A DNA stretch of 64,000 nt from an uncultured Odoribacter sp. (GTDB lineage Bacteria > Bacteroidota > Bacteroidia > Bacteroidales > Prolixibacteraceae): positions 22,701 to 86,700 of the forward strand of contig CAYRBM010000001.1 of NCBI GenBank assembly GCA_964422425.1, written 5' to 3'. The position numbers were made by a program, and so were the translations under genes. The notes below the pieces were generated by a model. That model did no database searches. It had not been told where the DNA came from and saw only the letters and a program-made list of their open reading frames with translations. Positions 38,430-48,357 of the stretch are shown here, piece after piece (positions within the stretch are counted from its first letter, which is position 1; each line of letters starts with the position of its first letter).

Positions 38430-40574
38430 CTAGTTTGTCATCATTTTCCACGCAACGCTTCCAACGTTGTCGGGTTTGCCCTTTTCGGCTTTTGAGATTG
38501 TTCCGGTCAGCTTGCCCTTTTTATCTGGCATAACCGAAAGGACACGCCAACTGTAGATTCCTTTTTCGTAGTCGAACGTTTCTCCATCGTCGTCGTAAAG
38601 CTGGTAATTTGACGCCCTTGTTCCGTAGTAACGAATCTCCAAATCAAATTTCTCACCGGCTTTGGGTGCATGCAGGCGGGCGGGCATCATCGGAATAATT
38701 CCGCCGTCTTTCACAAAAACCGGAATCCGGCCCAATTCTCCTTTAACGCGAATCACCTGTCCGTTGCCAACCAGTTTTCCGGAGTAAAAGTCGAACCAAT
38801 TTCCCTCCGGAAGAATGACATCGCGTTCGGTCTGACCTTTAAAAAGCGGCGCCACCAGCAGATACTCGCCAGCCATGTACTGGTCTTTAATTTCTTTGGT
38901 CACCGCTTCGGCGTAGGGATTTTCGCCCAGGTTGGCATTTTTGAGTTCGGAAACCGAATGCCCTCCGAAACCCGGTTCGAGGTTCATCGCCCGGAAAGGT
39001 GGCGTTCCTTCGAAGTGATACCTGGCAAATTCGGAATAGAAATAAGGCATCAGTTGCATCCGGAGTAATGCAATTTCTTTGACTTCTTTTTCGACCTCCG
39101 GAAACGACCAGGGCTTGGTTCCGTCGGCCCAGGCGTTAATCATGGCCATGGGCGAAAAGCAAACCGTTTGCATGCGGCGGACCCATTCCTCCCCGGTTTT
39201 GGAACCCCGGACCTCGGGAGTCCACAATACTCCGGAAAAACTACTGTTAATGAGCGCCGTAATAAAATCTTCGTGGCTGTAATAGTCGTTGTAAATGACG
39301 TAGGGAAACGATGATCCGCCGCCGTTGGACGCGCGAACCAAACCAAACGTACGTTCGTTTTTCTGCCGGTACAAGTCGGTGGTCATCTTTTGAAGCAGCA
39401 ATCCGTAGGTTTGGCGCAACTGATCGGCGCTGTTCCCCGATGGAAATTTCGCCACATCGGGCCACAGCCAGCGGTCGTAACCGTCGCATTCGTCGATTTT
39501 ATAACCGCTAACACCCAAATTGATCTGATCTTTTTCCATCTGACGGAGCATGATTTTCTGGGCTTCGGGCAGGGTTAAATCGGCTACCACTCCGCCCCAA
39601 ACGGTATGCGAGCCGGTGAGCGGGAGTAATTCTTTATAAATTGGCGATGCGGGCGAAACGTATGGGTTAGTCCATAAATTCAACCGGATGCCCTTTTCTT
39701 TCATGGCCTTTACAAATCCCGCCGGATCGGGGAAACGTGTTTTGTCCCACTCGAACGTGCATGGATACGATTTGCTTTGCCAGCCGGGTTCCAATCCGAT
39801 GAAATCAAGCGGATAGCCTTTCTCTTCAAACTGCCGTGCTTCTTCCGTCACCTGATCGGCTGTGTAGAGCGATTTGACCCGCTGGGTGAAACCCAGCCCC
39901 CAGCGAGGAGGCAAACATCCGCCACCATTAAACAGGTTAAAACGGCGCACTGCATCAAGCGGCGTTGGTCCGGCAAACACATAAATTTCGGTTCCGGCAG
40001 CGGGAATCGCCATTTCAACCGCATCCGAGTATGGTTGTGATGTCCATTTTTTGTCGGTATTGCGGTCGCGGGGGTCCGGAGCATTCGGACTGTCTTTCCG
40101 GACAGCCGTTCCGGCGTAAACCGTGATGTAACGGGCGCTGCTTACAAACACACCGTAACCTTTGTCCGACACATAAAACGGCACCGGAGCGTGAGTCCGG
40201 CCATTGTCGGCACCTCCGTAATGATCGACATGCAACTGAAGAATTTTGCCGCGTTGCTGAACGGTCTTAAAATTCAGGCCGAAGCCATACAATTTTTCTT
40301 CTTTAACCAGCGGAAAACGCAAATAGGTTCTCCCATCCGAAACTTCGGATGAAATCTCTGTCTTTGGCAGCGGAAACTCGGCTTTCGCCATTTTTCCCAA
40401 AGCACTTAGGTTGGGTGCAACGTCGGCTGCTTTCCGCAGATCGAATTGATCGGGTTGGCCAACAGTTGTCTTCCAAACGCCGGTAGCAACTTCCGTCCAG
40501 ACAGGACTTTGAGCCTTGCTGACAATCGTCAGAAAAATGAAAAGGCCCGCCAAAAAAATCATTTTATGCATCAT
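38430..40574 (-). CDS. GH31 glycoside hydrolase
   Basis: LYGFG, VPFYVS, WDKTRFPDP, KIDE nucleophile, DQYMAGEYLLVAP, YDDDGETF. Confidence 0.82.
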   Translation of the reverse strand: MMHKMIFLAGLFIFLTIVSKAQSPVWTEVATGVWKTTVGQPDQFDLRKAADVAPNLSALGKMAKAEFPLPKTEISSEVSDGRTYLRFPLVKEEKLYGFGLNFKTVQQRGKILQLHVDHYGGADNGRTHAPVPFYVSDKGYGVFVSSARYITVYAGTAVRKDSPNAPDPRDRNTDKKWTSQPYSDAVEMAIPAAGTEIYVFAGPTPLDAVRRFNLFNGGGCLPPRWGLGFTQRVKSLYTADQVTEEARQFEEKGYPLDFIGLEPGWQSKSYPCTFEWDKTRFPDPAGFVKAMKEKGIRLNLWTNPYVSPASPIYKELLPLTGSHTVWGGVVADLTLPEAQKIMLRQMEKDQINLGVSGYKIDECDGYDRWLWPDVAKFPSGNSADQLRQTYGLLLQKMTTDLYRQKNERTFGLVRASNGGGSSFPYVIYNDYYSHEDFITALINSSFSGVLWTPEVRGSKTGEEWVRRMQTVCFSPMAMINAWADGTKPWSFPEVEKEVKEIALLRMQLMPYFYSEFARYHFEGTPPFRAMNLEPGFGGHSVSELKNANLGENPYAEAVTKEIKDQYMAGEYLLVAPLFKGQTERDVILPEGNWFDFYSGKLVGNGQVIRVKGELGRIPVFVKDGGIIPMMPARLHAPKAGEKFDLEIRYYGTRASNYQLYDDDGETFDYEKGIYSWRVLSVMPDKKGKLTGTISKAEKGKPDNVGSVAWKMMTN

Positions 40575-42451
40575 GGCAATTGATATTTAACCGGTATCAT
40601 TTGAATTTCCAAAAGCTTGATCAGTTCATTCTTTCCAAAAGAAATCGGTTTCAGACAAATCTTGTTTTCGCCTTTCACAAACTGTACAGTGCCAACAGAC
40701 AATGTGTTAATTTCATTATCAGCTTGATTTTGAGGGATATCAGATTCAAAAATCTGTCCGCCAGCTTCAGTCCTGATTTTTCCTCCACTTCCGGTCGAGC
40801 CGGTAAATTTCAGTCCAAGGTTAAAACTAACCGTTTCGTTCAGCCGGAAATTCCATTCAACCGACTGATCATTGTTTTTCCAGTTTTCCACATAATAGCG
40901 TTTCAATTTTCCGTCGCCGTATCGCCAGCCTTTTCCGTTCAGTTTAGCATCAAACGACAGTAAATGATTCGGATCACTGGCTGATATTAATCTGACCGGA
41001 TCACTTTCCACTGGAGCATTCATTTCAAGCACGATGACAGAATTGGCCGGATCAGAAGGATTTGAAGGTAGTTTCAATTCCATATCAGGTGTTTTCAATG
41101 CTTTTACAGGGATACTTTTTTGTGATTTATCGGCCAGTAGCCAGACTTTCCCCGGTTTGGTCTTTAATCCGCCAACAATCAGCTTACCATCCCGGGGCCA
41201 ATCGAAAACATGCAGGTACAAACGGTTACTTTTTTGAGTAACGACTCCCCACGATTGCAGCGGAAGCGGCGAAGCCCCGGCACCGTGAATGCTTTCAGCA
41301 TTTTTGCTCATCCAAGTGCTGATTCCATTCAATATCTTCAGATCGGCCGAATCAAATGTTCCATTCCCCATCGGGCCAATATTCATCAACAGATTGCCAC
41401 CACGCGACACTGATTTTGCGAGCAACTGCACGAAAAACGAAGCGGGCTTGTGACTTTTATCAAACTGATGATAGCCATACGATTCATTGGTGGTTGGAAT
41501 AGCCTCCCAATCACCTTCAACCGGGAAAAACTCGGCAGGACGGTCGGCAGTATTTTTGTAATCGCCCAACATGGCTTCCGAACTTCGCGCCAAACGTCCA
41601 TTCACGACCACATTTGGATCAGTTTCCCGAATGGCCTTCAAGATGCGAATGTTTTCTGACAAGGGTAATTTATGTGGCGTATCGAACCACAAAATGTCGG
41701 GATGATATTTGGTGATCAGTTCCCTGATTTGCGGAATCGCTTTTTCATCAACGTATTTTATTGCTTTTGGCAGACGCTGTGGTTCAACATCAAACCAATT
41801 GGATCCTCCGTGCAACAACAAATCGCCGCCCGGATTATCGAATTCCCAATCGTTACCCGGAGCATCGGGATGCTCCCAATCAAACGCATGGGAATAATAA
41901 AATCCGAATTTGACCCCGTATTTCTTGCACGCTGCTGCCAGCTCTGCCATTGGGTCACGTTTAAAGGGTGTTTGCCTGGCAAGATTAAAATCAGAAACTT
42001 CGGACGGATACATGGCAAAACCATCGTGATGCTTGGCGGTAATCACAAAGTATTTCATCCCGGCATCGCGGGCTGTGCGAATCCATTCGTCAGCGTTGAA
42101 TTCAACCGGATTGAACTGATGAGCCAGTTCGAGATAGTCGGTTCTAAAAATCTTTTCTTTTCGCATGAGGTGCTCTGCATATCCCGAAACGTGTTTCCCT
42201 TTCCATTCTCCGGCCGGAAGCGAATATATTCCCCAGTGAACAAACATTCCGAAACGAGCCTCACGCCACCACTCCAGCCGCTGATCGACTGTTTTCATCG
42301 ATTCGGTCCACCAGCCGTTCCGGGCTTCATCAATAGCCTTCTGATCGCGCAGGCGGGCTCGGTTGAACATTTCAGGGTCCTCGTCTCCTTTTACCTGGGC
42401 CAATAATCCTATTGGCAAAACAAAGAATAACAGATAAATCAAATTTTTCAT
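40571..42451 (-). CDS. GH29 alpha-L-fucosidase-like with C-terminal beta-sandwich module
   Basis: ARFGMFVHWG, TAKHHDGF, GFYYS, LWFD, GGNLLMNIGP. Confidence 0.85.
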   Translation of the reverse strand: MKNLIYLLFFVLPIGLLAQVKGDEDPEMFNRARLRDQKAIDEARNGWWTESMKTVDQRLEWWREARFGMFVHWGIYSLPAGEWKGKHVSGYAEHLMRKEKIFRTDYLELAHQFNPVEFNADEWIRTARDAGMKYFVITAKHHDGFAMYPSEVSDFNLARQTPFKRDPMAELAAACKKYGVKFGFYYSHAFDWEHPDAPGNDWEFDNPGGDLLLHGGSNWFDVEPQRLPKAIKYVDEKAIPQIRELITKYHPDILWFDTPHKLPLSENIRILKAIRETDPNVVVNGRLARSSEAMLGDYKNTADRPAEFFPVEGDWEAIPTTNESYGYHQFDKSHKPASFFVQLLAKSVSRGGNLLMNIGPMGNGTFDSADLKILNGISTWMSKNAESIHGAGASPLPLQSWGVVTQKSNRLYLHVFDWPRDGKLIVGGLKTKPGKVWLLADKSQKSIPVKALKTPDMELKLPSNPSDPANSVIVLEMNAPVESDPVRLISASDPNHLLSFDAKLNGKGWRYGDGKLKRYYVENWKNNDQSVEWNFRLNETVSFNLGLKFTGSTGSGGKIRTEAGGQIFESDIPQNQADNEINTLSVGTVQFVKGENKICLKPISFGKNELIKLLEIQMIPVKYQLP

Positions 42452-42465
42452 TTCCGTCATCTCTT

Positions 42466-43890
42466 TTAATCCAGTTCCCCGGTTTTCATCTTTTTGGTCG
42501 CTCCCGAAGAGTTTCCGGCAACAGGTCCCTTCACTGTAACTTTCACTACGGAAGCAATTTTATCGGGTGCCTGTGCGGACAAACTGATCGAAAGCCCATC
42601 GTTTCCGGCAGCGGTTTTCAACTTTTCTCCGGATGCCAGCAACCTGGCTTCGATCACTTTATTCTGAAGTCCCGGAATTACCAATTTTCCGTCAGCCGGC
42701 CAGTCAAAAACCGAAAAGTAAAGAATGGTATTTCCGTTTTCCGGCTTTTGGGTGCAGCGGCCCCAGTCGAAAGTTCCGATTGGGCTGGCCTTGGTGGCAT
42801 AAATGGCTTCGCTGTTGGTTTTCATCCAATAGCCTATCGCTTTTAATGCGTCAATACTTTGCTCCGGAACCTGTCCCAATGCATCGGGACCAATATTCAG
42901 GAGATAATTTCCACCTTTTGAGGCGATGTCGCACAGGTTTCGGATCAGCGTTTCCGGAGTTTTCCATTTGCTGTCCCAGCTTTTGTAGCCCCACGAACTT
43001 CCCATGGTCATGCAGGTTTCCCAGTCTTTGCCGTCCAATTCATCCTGACCGGGAATTTTTTGCTCCGGAGTTCCGGTATCGCCCGGAAAGTTGGGCCGTT
43101 TCAAACGGTCGTTCGTAATGATGTTGGGCTGAAGTTTCAGCAAAGCCTGTAATTTCAGGGCATATTCGTCGGTCATCCCGGTGGGTGTGTCCCACCACAA
43201 AACGGCCACGTCTCCATAGTTGGTCATCAACTCTTTGACTTGCGGAACGGCTACTTTATCGATGTATTCGTCCATTGTCGCGGTCATTTGCGCCGGATCC
43301 CAATGGCCTTTGTTGGCCGCCGTGAATGCGTCAATCCGGGCTGAATCGGGATTAGCCCAACCTTCAGACATCACTTTTCGGGCGGCCGAACCACCGGGAT
43401 TATTCCAGTCCTGCGCCTGCGAATAGTAAAAACCCAGTTTCATGTTGTGTTTGCGGCAAGCCTGAGCCAGCGCATCGAGCACGTCCTTTTTGTAGGGCGT
43501 AAAATCGACGATGTTAAATTTGCTGGCGTTCGACTTGAACATGGCAAAACCGTCGTGATGCTTGGCTGTGATGATGATGTATTTCATACCGGAGTATTTT
43601 GCCAGCAACACGATCATTTCGGCATTAAACTTTACCGGATTGAACGATGCTGCATATTTCTGATACTCGGCAACCGGTATTTTGCAACGGTTCATGATCC
43701 ATTCGGCCCCGCCACGTTTCTGCTGGTGCCCATTATAAACTCCACCCAGCACCGAATACGGTCCCCAGTGAATAAACATGCCGAAACGGGCTTCGCGCCA
43801 CCATTTCATTCGGGCATCTCTTTCAGGTTGCGCCTGAATGGTTTGAAAGATCAGGACAAATACGATCAGGACAATTGAAAATCGTTTCAT
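42466..43890 (-). CDS. GH29 alpha-L-fucosidase-like
   Basis: ARFGMFIHWG, TAKHHDGF, LWWD, TPEQ, WETCMT, GGNYLLNIGP. Confidence 0.88.
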   Translation of the reverse strand: MKRFSIVLIVFVLIFQTIQAQPERDARMKWWREARFGMFIHWGPYSVLGGVYNGHQQKRGGAEWIMNRCKIPVAEYQKYAASFNPVKFNAEMIVLLAKYSGMKYIIITAKHHDGFAMFKSNASKFNIVDFTPYKKDVLDALAQACRKHNMKLGFYYSQAQDWNNPGGSAARKVMSEGWANPDSARIDAFTAANKGHWDPAQMTATMDEYIDKVAVPQVKELMTNYGDVAVLWWDTPTGMTDEYALKLQALLKLQPNIITNDRLKRPNFPGDTGTPEQKIPGQDELDGKDWETCMTMGSSWGYKSWDSKWKTPETLIRNLCDIASKGGNYLLNIGPDALGQVPEQSIDALKAIGYWMKTNSEAIYATKASPIGTFDWGRCTQKPENGNTILYFSVFDWPADGKLVIPGLQNKVIEARLLASGEKLKTAAGNDGLSISLSAQAPDKIASVVKVTVKGPVAGNSSGATKKMKTGELD

Positions 43891-43900
43891 TTCAGGATTA

Positions 43901-44986
43901 TTATTGGTTGAAATTTAGTTTTGCGGGCATTAGTGTTGGGAACGACCATGCAAAATGGTGCCTGGAATAGCAAATCGGGCGGCTTTTTTCGGCATATTGC
44001 GCCCATACCGGTTCGTTGTAAATGCCCGAAAGCGCTTCGAACAGGTTGCCTGGCCAGCTTGACGGCGATCCCTGATTCGGGTTTTTGAACCACTTCCACT
44101 CATCGGGGTGCTGGTTGTAATAAAACAGGTAATCGAGTGCTTTTTTTAGCGATGTTTCTCCTTCAACCGAGGTAAACAGGTTTTCGCCGGTTGAGTTGTA
44201 AACCACGTACATGGATGCGGTGATAGGCGCCAGCGAAAAATACGTGTACCAAATTCCGTTTTTCTCGCGTCGTGTTTCTTCGGGCATGTGTCCGTCGCCG
44301 GCAATTTTGTGAAAGAGGTCGCTTTTTATCAATCGCACGTTTTCGGCCATTTCAGCCTCATTGTCCAATAGCTGTGCGCAAAGCACCGAGCCCAGCCGCC
44401 CCCAGTCGGCCCAGTTGTTTTTCCGGGTTCTGATTTCGGTACAGGCTTTCAGGTAAACATCTTTCACCCAACCAAAGAATTTTTCGCGTTCAGCGGGAGT
44501 CCACTTTTTGTAATCGAGGAGCAACTCGGCGCCCATAATCATGGCTGTTCCGGAATAAGCCATCACCAAAGGTCCGTCGAAATCGGAATATTTTCGGTTG
44601 ATGTTGGCCCAGGCCATCAGGAAACGTTTGGCTTGTTCGGCATATTTTTTATCGCCCGATAATTGCCAGGCCAAAGCACACGCGTAGGCATCGAACGAGT
44701 CGGACTGAAAACCTGCCGAATTTTTTCGGTGCATCAGCGGATCAATGTAATACCCCGGAACCTTGAAATCTTCCAGCGCGTGGAGTTCGTGCATCGCTGC
44801 CGAGTCGGCCTTGCCAATCAGTTGCCGGTAAGCATCGAATGTTGGCTGGCTTTTGGCTTTAATCAGTTTTCGCACTGCATCAATTTGTTTTTCCGGGTGC
44901 ATTCCGCCCGGATGCTGGTAGGCAAAGGCCGCGAAACTGAATAACAAAAGGGAAAAAATGATGGCTTGTTTAGTAGCTGTTCTCAT
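43901..44986 (-). CDS. Alginate-lyase-fold (alpha/alpha toroid) protein
   Basis: HPGGMH start, ALAWQLSGDKKYA, NNWADWG, MPEETRR...YTYFSL. Confidence 0.7.
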   Translation of the reverse strand: MRTATKQAIIFSLLLFSFAAFAYQHPGGMHPEKQIDAVRKLIKAKSQPTFDAYRQLIGKADSAAMHELHALEDFKVPGYYIDPLMHRKNSAGFQSDSFDAYACALAWQLSGDKKYAEQAKRFLMAWANINRKYSDFDGPLVMAYSGTAMIMGAELLLDYKKWTPAEREKFFGWVKDVYLKACTEIRTRKNNWADWGRLGSVLCAQLLDNEAEMAENVRLIKSDLFHKIAGDGHMPEETRREKNGIWYTYFSLAPITASMYVVYNSTGENLFTSVEGETSLKKALDYLFYYNQHPDEWKWFKNPNQGSPSSWPGNLFEALSGIYNEPVWAQYAEKSRPICYSRHHFAWSFPTLMPAKLNFNQ

Positions 44987-45032
44987 AGATGTATAATTGG
45001 TATAGATATTTTATGGAATAGATTCATTGAAT

Positions 45033-46487
45033 TTATTTTACACCTTTAAAACTGACTTGAGACTGAATCGTTTCAATTTTTGCTTCCTCCTGCGAATCAA
45101 CGCGGTTCCGTTCTATCACCAGATTATCAATGACCATCCGAATTCCGATTCCATCGCCTTCGAACTTTACCAACGATTTCTTTGGAAAGCTATTTTCAAA
45201 GGTACAATCCTGAATGAGTAAATCTTTTATTTCACCCAGTTTACTGTCCTCATTTCGCTTGCTTACCACCACATGTATCGCTTTTTTCTGTTGATCAGGA
45301 TAGTTTCGTTCAAATCGGTTGTTCCGGTAAATGATGTTGCTCAAAGTTGCGCCATCCGAGACATACAAGGCAATTCCCCGATCCGACTCAATCACATCGT
45401 TGTTCTCGAAAAGGATGTTTTTCATTTCCTGTCCGCGCGTTTCGGTTCCTACTTTCAACGACGATTTTCTGGTGAGGAAAACACAATTCCGAACGGTAAT
45501 TTGATCGACATTGCCCACCAATCCCGAATTGCCAGTGATTTTAATGGCCACATTATCATCGCCACAACAGGCGAAACAGTCTTCAATCAGCATCCGCCGT
45601 GTGGCATCCGGATCAAAACCGTCGGTATTGCCAAGTTCAACATCATTCAAAAGTTTTACATTTCGGATAGTCACATCCTCGCACAACAAAACCTGCGTAT
45701 TCCACGAGCCCGGATCTTTAAATTGCAACCCTTCAATGCTGATGTTTTTGGATTTGACAGCCATTAACAACCGCATCCGGGCATCGTCGCCGAATTTGGT
45801 ACGCAAAATCCTTCCGTTCCCGTCAATGGTTCCGTATCCTGAAAGTTTCACATTCTCAACTCCGTACATCGAAACAAACCGTTTGTTGCTCACCTCATCG
45901 GTCGATCGGTAAGGTTCAATGGAGCTGGTATCGGTTTTCAGAACCGCTCCACGTTCGAGGTAAATATTGCTGTTGCTTCTGATTTGAAGCTGTCCGCTTT
46001 GGTAAGTTCCTTTAGGGAAATACAAGGTTTTTCCTGTTCCTGAAATTTCGTTGAGTGCCTGCTGAATCTTTTCTGTTTCAGTGGCTTTGCCCGAATTGTC
46101 CACCGAATATTTCTCAACAATATTCACACTGTTTTTCGCGTCAGGTATTTCTTCCGGCTTTTCAGCAAACAGAAATATCTTTTCCGTTTCGTTGATCCGC
46201 ACCAAAATGTAGCCCGGTTTTTCCATCCTGAAGCGGATTTGATTTCCTTCTTTCTGAAAGGCAATGCCATAGCTTTTCGGGCTGATTTCAACGCTGTTCA
46301 GGGACTTCTCTGAAATCAGCGTCAACATTTCCGGCTTTGCCAGATCGAACGAGGCATAATAGTAGGTTTTGAACTGGACGATTTCAATAGCGCCCGAAGA
46401 AGTCTGAAGCACAAAACCGGTAGTCTTTTGTCCGGCGCTTGCCAGCGAAACGACCAGGACACAAACGATCAGGATTAATCTCTTCAT
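45033..46487 (-). CDS. GH28-like right-handed beta-helix protein
   Basis: IQQAL..LYFPKGTY, GTIDGNG, NTDGFD, GDDNVAIK. Confidence 0.7.
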   Translation of the reverse strand: MKRLILIVCVLVVSLASAGQKTTGFVLQTSSGAIEIVQFKTYYYASFDLAKPEMLTLISEKSLNSVEISPKSYGIAFQKEGNQIRFRMEKPGYILVRINETEKIFLFAEKPEEIPDAKNSVNIVEKYSVDNSGKATETEKIQQALNEISGTGKTLYFPKGTYQSGQLQIRSNSNIYLERGAVLKTDTSSIEPYRSTDEVSNKRFVSMYGVENVKLSGYGTIDGNGRILRTKFGDDARMRLLMAVKSKNISIEGLQFKDPGSWNTQVLLCEDVTIRNVKLLNDVELGNTDGFDPDATRRMLIEDCFACCGDDNVAIKITGNSGLVGNVDQITVRNCVFLTRKSSLKVGTETRGQEMKNILFENNDVIESDRGIALYVSDGATLSNIIYRNNRFERNYPDQQKKAIHVVVSKRNEDSKLGEIKDLLIQDCTFENSFPKKSLVKFEGDGIGIRMVIDNLVIERNRVDSQEEAKIETIQSQVSFKGVK

Positions 46488-46545
46488 AGGTTCTTTCGGT
46501 TAAAGTTTGACGTCCGGAAATTTGGTTTTCAGCAATTGGTTCTCT

Positions 46546-48036
46546 TCATTTTTCATTCTGTATCCACACGCCTTTGTTTCCCTGCCACACCCATTTCAGA
46601 TTCTTTCCTGACATTTCCTGCTCCGGGGCGTTCTTCCGGTGGGCTTTCCACATGGCCGTTACAAACGGATCGAAAGTTTGGCCTTCGCCGCCCGGACGTT
46701 TGTACGTTCCGCGAGCTTCCTTGTACGGATCGTCCTCACGCATCCAGCGCTCAATGTAATCGAAGTGTGCGTCGTGTCCCCAAAGTTTGATGGCTTTCAG
46801 ATAGCGGGCAGCCAGCGCGGTTCCGGTCCACGCAACCGCATTGCAGCACACCCGGTAACTTTCCGAAGTCTTGTCCCATTTTTCCCACTGGTCGGGCGAT
46901 TTTTCTTCGTAAGGCTGGCGAATTCCGTGATGAATAATCATTTGCCACAAAACGGTTTGACCAAACCAACCTTTGCCGTAATAGGTTTGCGTGTCCTCGT
47001 GAAAAACGGCAGTTTCGGGCAATTCGGCCAGTTTCGGATTTCCGAGCAGGATGCTGGCAAAGAGGATGGGCCATTTTCGTCCGCTGGAATGTCCGCCGCC
47101 TTCGTTCCAGTAGCCGCCATTCATGGCAATACCATACAAATCGATGCCGCGCTGAATCAGCTCAATGGTCAGCTTTTCCTTTCGTTCGAGCGGAACATCG
47201 AGGCAAAGCATTAAACTGGCGATGGAAACCAGCCGCGCATGTTCGCGGCCATAGTTCGGACCATTTTCGTTCGGAACCAGTTCCTGCTGCGACCAGCTCA
47301 TCAAATGGTCGATCCACGGACGCTGAAAGTATCGTTCATATTCTTCCCACGAAGGAACTTTTCCTGCCGGCGGAAGGTTTGGCAACAAGTCCCAGTGAAT
47401 ATCGCGGGTCTGAAAAATAGGTTTTTCGGTACCCACATAGGGCGGACGAAAAGCATCTGCCGGAGGAACTGTTTCAAGACAAGTCAGTACAGCCGAGGTT
47501 TTCATTACGTTCTGGCATTTGTATTCGCCTTCCCAAAGAATGTTTTTGCAGAAATTATCGACCGGAAGTGAAGTATTACTGATCGATGAAATGAGTGATC
47601 GATTCGACTCCAGTTTCAAAGGTAGTTTCACGCATCCATTGAGATCAAAAGCGCCTGCGCGCGAGTCGTAACTCTGCTTGTAGCCAGCTTTCAGCACAAT
47701 GGCCGAGCCATTCCGCATCGCAGTATCGGGTTTCAGGCTGGTGTCGTTCCAATGGTTAATTCGGATGGTAGTTTTGTCCACGAAAACGGGTCCGGGTTCC
47801 GGAGTAATTTTCACAATGGTTACCGGCCCAACCACCCACCAGTCGCCAGTGACAAACTGTCCTGTCTGCATGGGCTGGTCGAACTCCCAGGTAATTCCGT
47901 ACTGACTGATTGATTTCCGGTGTTCTACCGAAACTGGCTGGCTGATTGCGGAAAAGACAATCAGAAGAAAGGAAAAAGAAAACGTATAAAATTTGATCAT
48001 TTTTTTCGTTGCCATAATTGAATACCCCATGCTCAT
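46546..48036 (-). CDS. Secreted hypothetical protein
   Basis: 496-codon ORF co-oriented in the operon with a signal peptide; no family recognised; exact start uncertain. Confidence 0.75.
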   Translation of the reverse strand: MSMGYSIMATKKMIKFYTFSFSFLLIVFSAISQPVSVEHRKSISQYGITWEFDQPMQTGQFVTGDWWVVGPVTIVKITPEPGPVFVDKTTIRINHWNDTSLKPDTAMRNGSAIVLKAGYKQSYDSRAGAFDLNGCVKLPLKLESNRSLISSISNTSLPVDNFCKNILWEGEYKCQNVMKTSAVLTCLETVPPADAFRPPYVGTEKPIFQTRDIHWDLLPNLPPAGKVPSWEEYERYFQRPWIDHLMSWSQQELVPNENGPNYGREHARLVSIASLMLCLDVPLERKEKLTIELIQRGIDLYGIAMNGGYWNEGGGHSSGRKWPILFASILLGNPKLAELPETAVFHEDTQTYYGKGWFGQTVLWQMIIHHGIRQPYEEKSPDQWEKWDKTSESYRVCCNAVAWTGTALAARYLKAIKLWGHDAHFDYIERWMREDDPYKEARGTYKRPGGEGQTFDPFVTAMWKAHRKNAPEQEMSGKNLKWVWQGNKGVWIQNEK

Positions 48037-48284
48037 TATTTATTATTGAGATAGTCAAACAAAAATTTCATCGAGACCAGCGTCGAAACAATGAAAGCAA
48101 TCCAGATCAGCAATCCGACTCCAACCATGTACCATTCGAGCGTTTGGTTGGGTTCGTGATTGGCAATGTCGCACAAGGCCAGATAGGTAAGCATTACGGC
48201 AATAGCCGAAAGAATTCCCAGAACCACCGTAATTGTAGCAGAAACCCTTAATTTTTTCAGCAAATTATCAGCATTTGTTTCCAT
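48036..48284 (-). CDS. Small two-TM membrane protein
   Basis: 82 aa with two hydrophobic helices; fills the gap and its stop abuts the next ORF. Confidence 0.55.
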   Translation of the reverse strand: METNADNLLKKLRVSATITVVLGILSAIAVMLTYLALCDIANHEPNQTLEWYMVGVGLLIWIAFIVSTLVSMKFLFDYLNNK

Positions 48285-48313
48285 AACGATTTGAATGAGT
48301 TGGTACGGAAATG

Positions 48314-48346
48314 ACTCCGGGTGCGACTTTAAGTCGCGCCCGGAGT
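48314..48346. repeat. REP-like hairpin, family GGGTGYGACTTYAAGTCRCGCCC, copy 2
   Basis: actccgggtgcgactttaagtcgcgcccggagt. Confidence 0.65.
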
Positions 48347-48357
48347 TGAAAGTTTCA

